From Rebecca billardiae RCC1528 (Eukaryota > Protista > Haptophyta): a stretch of DNA of 64,000 bases. The DNA lies in the NCBI GenBank assembly GCA_965240325.2, contig OZ251223.1, positions 4,154,001 to 4,218,000 on the forward strand. Direction: 5' to 3'. This document shows positions 57,316 to 64,000 of this stretch, piece after piece. The notes beneath the pieces were generated by a model. That model searched no databases, was not told the DNA's origin, and saw nothing but the letters and a program-made list of their open reading frames with translations. Numbering within the stretch: the stretch's first letter is position 1; every line of letters starts with the position of its first letter. Both the position numbers and the translations under genes were made by a program.

Positions 57316-57534
57316 GCCGTCAGCCGAGCCCCGCACGACGGAGGCCCGACTTGCGCCGCGGCTGGGCACGCCGCACGGGCATTGGGGCCGTCCCCTGGCT
57401 GACAGCTTGTGAATCGACGCAATTCTCCTATGATAGACTGAACTACTCTGAGTTCTACTATAACTAACGGCATTAAAATGGATCACTGGTGTCTCGGTCA
57501 GTGGTTTGAGGTTGGGTGAGGGTGGTGGTTGGTT

Positions 57535-57615
57535 GGGGGCTGGCCAGGGTAGGGCTGGAGGCTTCGGCCGCCAGTCTGATCACCCGGAGCCCGTTATAAA
57601 GGGGAATTTTAAAAA
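57535..57615 (+). repeat. Second copy of the 81-bp repeat, with TATAAA at 57595-57600, upstream of the FHA gene
   Basis: Identical to the reverse complement of 16295-16375. Confidence 0.9.
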
Positions 57616-57679
57616 CGACGGGAATTACGACTCGAGGTGAACCCCTACATAGACCGACCAACGGCTTTCGTCCCAGCAA

Positions 57680-59197
57680 ATGGAGGCCCCCGACGACTGG
57701 CGCGCTCAGCTTGCGCGTTTGCTCGCGAGCGCAAGCGCACCCGAGGTCGTGCGCGTCGGGCGCGCCGCGGCGCAGAACGACGTGGCGATTTCCTCGAAGC
57801 ACGTCTCGCGCTGCCACGCGCAGCTCGTCCGCCGTGGCCGCGGCTGGGCGCTGGTCGACCTGGGCGGGTGCAACGGCTGCGCGCTCAACCAGCACGCGCT
57901 GCCGCGCGGGGCCGAGCGCGCGCTCGCGCCCGGCGACGTGGTGACGTTCGGCCCGCTCGATGTCGCCCAGCCCTGCGCCTTCCGCATGGACGCCTCCGTA
58001 TTCGGGGCCGAGCGGCCGCGCGCACCCGAGGCCCAGGCGGCGCGCATGCCCGAGCGCTGCGCGGTGCCGACCGGCGCGAGCTCGGAGGCTGCGCGGGACG
58101 CAGAGGAGCGCGCGCCCGTGCTGCCCGGCGCGACGCGTCGGCGCTCGCGCCGCCTCGTGGTGGACGACGACGGCGCGAGCGGCGCGGACTCGCCGTCGCC
58201 GCAGCGGCCGGCGCGTCGGCGGCGCGTGCGCGCGCTCAGCCTGGAGGACGAGGCGGCGGAGGCGGCCGAGGAGGAGGAGGAGCGCCGCCGCGCGCTCAAC
58301 CGCGGCGGCGCGCGCGGCGGCGCGGCGCGCCGCGCGGCTCGCGCGCCCGAGTGCGCGCTCAGCGCGTACGAGGCGCAGCGCCTCGCCAACATCGCCTCGA
58401 ACCGCGCGACCCTTGCGCGGCTTGGCCTGGGGCCCCTGGGCGCGGGCTCGGTGCTGAGCGCGCTCGGCCAAGGGGGGGGCGGCCGGGCGGCGGCGGCGGG
58501 CGGCGCGGGTGAGGCGCGCGGCGGGCGGCGCGCGCCGAGCGAGCGCCTCGCGCGGCAGGCGCGCGCGCGCCGCACGCTGCCCGCCGCCGCACTGCCCGAG
58601 AGTGCGCGCCCCCGCGCTCAAGCTCCGCCGAGCGCCGACTGCGCGCGCGCTCGGACGCTCCGGCGCGTGCGCTCGGGCGGCGGCGACGCCGAGGGCGCCT
58701 CGCGCCCGCCCGTGGCGTCGAACGGGCACAGTGTGCAATCCGACGGCGAGTCGCGCGGCGCGCCGAGCTCGGCCGGCGCGGACGACGACACCGGCGGCCG
58801 CGTTGGCAGCGGCGGCAGCGGCTCCAGCGGCTCCGGCAGCGGCGCGGACGGCACCGCCTCAGCGGCCGCGTCTGACGGCTCAGCGGCGCAGTCCCAGTCC
58901 CAGTCTGAGTCCCAGTCTGAAGGCTCCGAGTCTGAACGCTCCGAGTCTGAGCCCTCCGCCTCTGAGGAGGAGGACGACTCCGAAGAGGCGGCGGAGGGGC
59001 TGCGGCGCGTGCGCCCGCGCGGGCCTGGCGGGGGCGGCCGTGCCGGCGCCGCTCGCGCCGCCTCGCGCGGCCGCGGCCGCGGCGTGCCGCGCGCCGGCCG
59101 AGGGCGTGGCGCGGGCGCGGGCGCACGCGCGGGAGGGTCTCGCTCGGCCGCGTACCGAGCCGTCGAGCTCAACGTGTGGCATACGCGCACCCGCTGA
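57680..59197 (+). CDS. FHA-domain protein with a LSxYE..R..NI..N...L..LGL motif
   Basis: FHA motifs VRVGR, NDVAI, VSRCHA, LVDLGGCNG, LNQ and LAPGDVVTFG. Also LSAYEAQRLANIASNRATLARLGL. Confidence 0.85.
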   Translation: MEAPDDWRAQLARLLASASAPEVVRVGRAAAQNDVAISSKHVSRCHAQLVRRGRGWALVDLGGCNGCALNQHALPRGAERALAPGDVVTFGPLDVAQPCAFRMDASVFGAERPRAPEAQAARMPERCAVPTGASSEAARDAEERAPVLPGATRRRSRRLVVDDDGASGADSPSPQRPARRRRVRALSLEDEAAEAAEEEEERRRALNRGGARGGAARRAARAPECALSAYEAQRLANIASNRATLARLGLGPLGAGSVLSALGQGGGGRAAAAGGAGEARGGRRAPSERLARQARARRTLPAAALPESARPRAQAPPSADCARARTLRRVRSGGGDAEGASRPPVASNGHSVQSDGESRGAPSSAGADDDTGGRVGSGGSGSSGSGSGADGTASAAASDGSAAQSQSQSESQSEGSESERSESEPSASEEEDDSEEAAEGLRRVRPRGPGGGGRAGAARAASRGRGRGVPRAGRGRGAGAGARAGGSRSAAYRAVELNVWHTRTR

Positions 59198-59589
59198 CGA
59201 GGGCGGCAAAGCACAGGTCGAGTGATAAGGGGTCTGCACGCGCGCGATGCCGCCGTCTCGCACTGAGCACTCGAGCCTGATGCGCTCGGTCGACTCAGAC
59301 GGTCGATTGCTCATGCTATGCTGGGCGGGCGCTTGTGGCGATCTGACTGATTAGTGCGGGCCGCCGCGTCGGACCGCCGCTCCGAGTGACTTCACGATGA
59401 CATCATTGACACGGACGGCCCGAGTGGCAGCTTATTGGCCTGTTTTATTTCTACCAGATTCCATTTACTATGTCACGGCGACAAACCCGTGCCCGCCAGT
59501 GGTGAGTGGGAATCGGTGTCACGCCCCGTTGGATGTACCTCTCACGGCCGATGGCGGCCTCCACGTGCGTGAGGAATGCGATTCGTGCA

Positions 59590-59885
59590 CTCCTTGGTGA
59601 CCGGTGAGTGCACGAATCCAGTTGCGGCGCTCGTTCGCCTCGTCGTCGTCGCACACGAGGTACATCCAACACCATGGGTCGGATCCCAGAACTCTCCGCG
59701 CGCTCGCGCGAGGCACTGGCAGGCTTGTTCTTCATCTTGGCCAAGGCTGCAGCCTGCCAGATGCGCGAGAACGCGTGTGCATGCCTTTCCGCGCGTCATG
59801 AGTGCACGTTGCACGCATCATATCGTAGTCTACGCCGACGAGGCCTGAGCATCCACGTCAACCAGCCTGCCGCGATCACGTTCAA
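59590..59885 (-). pseudogene. Disrupted PH-domain-like gene fragment
   Basis: A beta1-like VIAAGWLT..RRRR is followed by an in-frame stop. A PH C-terminal helix-like YLVCDDDEANERRNWIRAL lies in another frame. Confidence 0.45.
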
Positions 59886-60322
59886 ATGCAGGCGGCAAGC
59901 TGCATGCGAGCGGCACGCAACGGAAGCATCTCACGCTCGACAAGGAAGTGGCGGCGGAGCTTGTAGAGCTGGTGGCGATTGCAGTCTATCTGTTCATCAC
60001 CTGTCTAGAGTCGCCAACTGACACGGGCGCGACGCAGCCAAGGTAGAGTGCCTGCAGCTTGCAGCGAGCCCGCAGCTGCCGACTCGGCGACGATCGTCAC
60101 ACAACCGTGCGCCGCGACTGAGCCGACTGACCCCGGTGTCAGGGCGAAGCACCAGGCAAGGCTAAGCAGCATCTCATGGCAACACTTTTCGCTAAATGTC
60201 AGCGCGCTAGTACGAGAATGCGCCAACGACGTGCCATCACTACTCCGCAATCGCGCCGGCACCCGCACCAGCGGGCAAGCAGCCGCCATTTTGCCGCGTT
60301 TTGGCGGATGTCGCCGTTGGGC

Positions 60323-60363
60323 TACAGTTTACTAAGAATAAGAGACGCACACAGCTCAGGCAG
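60323..60363. repeat. Second copy of the 41-bp dispersed repeat
   Basis: TACAGTTTACTAAGAATAAGAGACGCACACAGCTCAGGCAG. Confidence 0.9.
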
Positions 60364-61658
60364 GCGAGTATTATTATAGACCGGATACGGGATAGACTGC
60401 ATGTCACTGACGACGATAGTTATTAGTTAGACGCGGGCGCCGCCACGGGTGAGTGACGGCCTGTGACGGGGAGTGCTCTCTGAGTCTCGGAGTCTCGCGG
60501 CCAACGTCAGCGCGAGTCGGCGACGACGCCACTGACTACTAGCTAGACGCCCGCCTCATCATCTGTCATTACTCAGCCTGCTGCCTCAGCCTTGGCCAAT
60601 GCCAATGGCCTTGCGGAATGCGGTGGCGACCGGCAAGAGGCGACGTGAGCATCAGCGACATGCTGGACATGCTCCAGCCGCGCGGCAGTCTACTGTCGAT
60701 GGCGCTGCGCCGTGAGCGGTGAGGCCGTGAGGCGTGACGGCGTGGCCGTTGGCAGCGCCTGGAGCCCGATCAATAATAATTCTGGAAACCCACGAGAACA
60801 AAGGCACGACTTCACGCTGGGGACCAGCCCGTCGCGGGCCTTTATTTGACGCCCCCCTCCCCGCCCGCCCAGTCTAAGGGCCTGATGCTTCTCCACAGGG
60901 AACCCCCGCTGGTGGCAGCCAGCGGCGCGAGGGAGGTGGTGGCGCGCCTTCTAAAGCTCCCCTGCATCCCGCCCCGCGCCGAGCGCGCAAGTCGGCTCCG
61001 CCGGCGCGCGCGCTCGCCGCGCAGGGCTCGGGTACTGGAGTGCAGGCTGCAAACGGCGAGCAGCAGCACTCTCAGAAGCGGAAGAAGAAGCCTCGGCGCG
61101 GGAAGCGCGGGCCTCGGCGTGACGCGCAAGGCAGGCGGATTCGATCTCCATCGAGCCGCCGCACCTCGTCGCGGCGCGCCGTCGAGAAACGCCAGGAGCG
61201 CAAGGCGGCGCGGCTGGCGGCCTCTCTGCCCGCAGCACCTGCGCCTGCTCCAGCTGCTGTCCCCCACGCGGACCGAGACTCGTCCATGGACGACGACTCG
61301 GACGACGAGGATGCGCAGCAGTCGGGGGCAAAGCGTACCCTGCACGCCGCAGCAGCGCCAGCCGCCGCCAGCAAGCCAGCTGAGCAGAGCGGCAAGCGCG
61401 CACGCGGCCGCGCAGGGCACACGGGGACGACTACATCACCGCCGGATCACCCGCCAGGGCCCAGCGGCTGAGACGGCCGTCTGACATCCGGACCTGCACC
61501 CTCGCCCTCGCTCGGGGCACAGCAGGTCCATGCGAGCCGCGCAGCGCAGGTGGATCGCGCTCCAGCAGCTCAAGGCCGCGCTCAAGCCATTCGATCGCGG
61601 TTCAGGCTATGCTCTGCCACCAGCGCCGACTTCGTGTCGACGATCGGGCACTGCCGAC

Positions 61659-61887
61659 GACGAATCAGGAGACCTGCGCCGTCCTACCTGTGTCGTTAAA
61701 TCATAGAATGAGTCTAGTACCACTACAGACGAATCAGGAGAGCTGCGCCCTCGTGCCTGTGTCTTTTAAAATCATAGAATTAGTCTGTTTGTCGCCGGGT
61801 CACATATGCGCAATTCGCGTACCCGCTTACGCGCTCGATAGGACAAAAGCCGCTCGTCGTTCGGTCAAAAGCCGCTCGTCGTTCGGC
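61659..61887 (+). repeat. Cluster of short tandem duplications (~69-bp unit x2; 22-bp unit x2)
   Basis: GACGAATCAGGAGA..TGCGCC..CCTGTGTC..TAAATCATAGAAT.AGTCT occurs twice. CAAAAGCCGCTCGTCGTTCGG occurs twice (61844-61887). Confidence 0.8.
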
Positions 61888-62910
61888 GCTTTGCGTACTC
61901 ACATTCGCGCGAATCGCATCGGCCCATTCGTCGTGTCGCGAGTTCACACTTCACATTCGCACGAACCGTCACTTTCTCGCTGGACATTTCACGAGCGAAA
62001 GGGCGCGCCGATATTGGCACGCGGGTATCATCTTGCATTTGACATACGAGCGTCGGAGCAACCTCGCGCGGCCTCGGCGTCCCGGGTCCGAAGCCGACAG
62101 AGAGCGAGAGCCCACGAGCCCGAGGGTCGCCCTCTTGCGGTCGGTCGCGCGACGAACGGCTCGCGTGCGGCGCCAGCGAGCAACGCGGGGCACGCGGCGG
62201 GCGCACGCGCGAGGCTGCCCACCACGCGCACGCGCGCGAACCCGCCGGCTCGGGCGACACGCGCCGCCTCAGCTCGAGCACGAGCGCGAGGCGTGGCGCC
62301 GGCCCGGTCGGGCGGCGGCCGGGCTCGAGCTGCCGACTGCGCGCGACGAGCGCCCTCGCGTGCCGCATACGCGCAGGGCCGCCATCCACGCGCGAGCGCG
62401 CGACTGCGTGCCTTCCACGAGCTGCAGCAGGCGGCCGCGGGTTGGTCGGCGGACGGCAAGGTCGGCGTCGAGTGCCGCCCGTCGGCGGCGTTTCGCTTGG
62501 GCGCGGGCCACACTCTCACTCACAGCGCGGGGCGTGGTGCTGCAGACGGGACAGTCATTGCAGCGCGCATTCCGTGCCCAGACGTGCACACGCGCGCGCG
62601 TCGTCAGCCCCGCCGCGGCGCCCCTGTGGCGCCCATGGCCGAGCGTCGGAATTCCGAGCTCGGGCCACCGGCCCGGCGTGCCATCGTGCGTTTCAGAAAC
62701 AGGTTTCCAGCCCAAGTTGACGCGCAGCGCCAAATAAGAGAGGTCCCGTCCGGATCCAAATGTGAAATGGCCGGATCGTCACACGCGTCCGCTTATTGCC
62801 CTGTAACCGTCGCGCCCGGCAGGGCGTGTTTGACTGTGGCGCCAAGCCGGTGGTGCCGTCGTTCACAATGGCGGCCTGAAGGAAGCAGGAGGGAGTTCTT
62901 GTGAGCCCAC

Positions 62911-64000
62911 ATGTCGGAGGCGGACAAGCAGGCGTGGCTCGCGTCGCTGTTCGGCGGGCAGGCGCCGTCCGCGCTCTCAAACGGCGCGCCGCCCGCGCGC
63001 CCCGGCCAGTTCTCCAACCTGCGCGGCCTGTCCGCGCTCGACGACGTGACGCTGGGCGCGCGCTCGAGCGGCGGGCCCGCCGCGCCCGACATCGGCCGCT
63101 CGCACTCGTTCGGCTCGTTCGCGCCGCGCACGGCGGTGCACCGCGCGGACAAGCTGCCCGCGCCCACGCTCGCCGACGCGGGCGCCAAGTCGCGCTCGCT
63201 CACCCTCTCGTGGGACTGGCGGCCGCCCGACGTGGAGGTGGGCGCGTACGGCTTCAAGATCGAGTGGCGGTCTGACGGCGAGGCGCGGGAGGGCGCGGCG
63301 CTGGAGGCGCCGCCGGCGAGGCACACGATCGGGGGCCTCGCGCCGAACACGCCGTACTACGTGCGCGTCGTCGCCGAGCGCGCGCCCGACGCGGACGGCG
63401 CGCCGGACGAGGCGGAGGGCGGCCGGCAGCCGAGTGCGCTCAGCTCGGCTGACGTGCGGCTGCTCACGCGTACGCGCGCGCGCGCACCGCGGCGCACCGC
63501 GGACGCCGAGGCGCGCGTGCGCGCGCGCGCGCGGCGCGGGTGGGTGTGCGCGCGCCGCGCGGCTGACCGCCCCGTGCCCTCCCTCGCGCCTCGCCGCGCC
63601 TCGCCACACCGCGCAGTCCCGGACGCGCCCCCGCCGCCGCAGGTGGTGGGCGTGAGCGCGCACAGCGCGACGCTGCGCTGGGCGGAGCCCGAGGGTGGGT
63701 GCGCGCGCTACAGCGTGTACGGGCCCGCCGCGCTCAACTTCGAGAAGGTGTACACGGGGTACGCCTCGGAGTGCGAGGTCACCGGGCTGCAGCCCTCCAC
63801 GCCCTACGCCTTCCGCGTCTGCGCGCTCAACGCCCTCGGCGCCGCGTCCGAGTTCTCGGCGGAGGCGGCGCTGAGCACAGCGGACGCCAGCGCGGCGCCG
63901 CCCGCGCCGCAGCTGGCGGGCGCGGACGAGGGCGGGCTGAGCGTGCGATGGGGCGCGGCGCCGGCGGGCGGGGCGGGCGAGCCCGCGCCGACGCTCGAGC
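62911..64000 (+). CDS. Fibronectin type III repeat protein, 3'-partial; exons 62911-63469, 63617->64000
   Basis: ATG at 62911. FN3 motifs SLTLSW...GLAPNTPYYVRVVA and SATLRW...VYTG...GLQPSTPYAFRVCALNALG. Intron 63470-63616 is GTACGC..GCTGAC..CGCAG. It is missing from the ORF track because it runs off the window. Confidence 0.85.
   Translation, partial: MSEADKQAWLASLFGGQAPSALSNGAPPARPGQFSNLRGLSALDDVTLGARSSGGPAAPDIGRSHSFGSFAPRTAVHRADKLPAPTLADAGAKSRSLTLSWDWRPPDVEVGAYGFKIEWRSDGEAREGAALEAPPARHTIGGLAPNTPYYVRVVAERAPDADGAPDEAEGGRQPSALSSADVRLLTRTRARAPRRTADAEARVRARARRGWVCARRAADRPVPSLAPRRASPHRAVPDAPPPPQVVGVSAHSATLRWAEPEGGCARYSVYGPAALNFEKVYTGYASECEVTGLQPSTPYAFRVCALNALGAASEFSAEAALSTADASAAPPAPQLAGADEGGLSVRWGAAPAGGAGEPAPTLE

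Noticed and set aside
61040-61471. Basic/acidic ORF (KRKKKPRRGKRG...DDDSDDED)
   Set aside because: It has no ATG start and no recognisable domain. It may be a TE or gene remnant but cannot be supported as a gene.
61659-61965. Possible CRISPR-like array
   Set aside because: There are only two-copy tandem duplications, no unique spacers and no cas genes, and the context is eukaryotic.

Overview
Extremely GC-rich eukaryotic nuclear DNA with short GT-AG spliceosomal introns, a bipartite plastid-type presequence and a TTAGGG remnant. By inference this is a secondary-plastid alga, most consistent with a haptophyte such as Pavlovales; the sequence alone does not prove the taxon. Most of the stacked long ORFs in the track are GC artefacts. 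About 17 real genes can be supported: an IQ/coiled-coil protein, a class II-like HDAC, SMYD, RUVBL1, a beta-propeller-like protein, a bestrophin/UPF0187 channel, an alpha/beta hydrolase, TM9SF, an ankyrin/coiled-coil protein, two hypothetical proteins, an SGNH esterase, a SAM-dependent methyltransferase, C2-PP2C, a CRT-like transporter, an RVxF-containing low-complexity protein, an FHA protein and an FN3 protein. Four gene pairs are head-to-head, with 36-202 bp between start codons. A less GC-rich island at about 33-47.5 kb, plus 29.5-30.2 kb, holds MITEs, three large foldback elements (one with a nested insert) and non-LTR retroelement 3' ends. The stand-out feature lies inside this island: an intact, spliced gene for a 687-aa protein. 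It joins an N-terminal signal/TM segment and a ~290-aa unknown domain, through an RRALQ motif, to a clear actin fold whose nucleotide-binding and catalytic residues are systematically replaced. It is a candidate secreted or membrane-anchored pseudo-actin.
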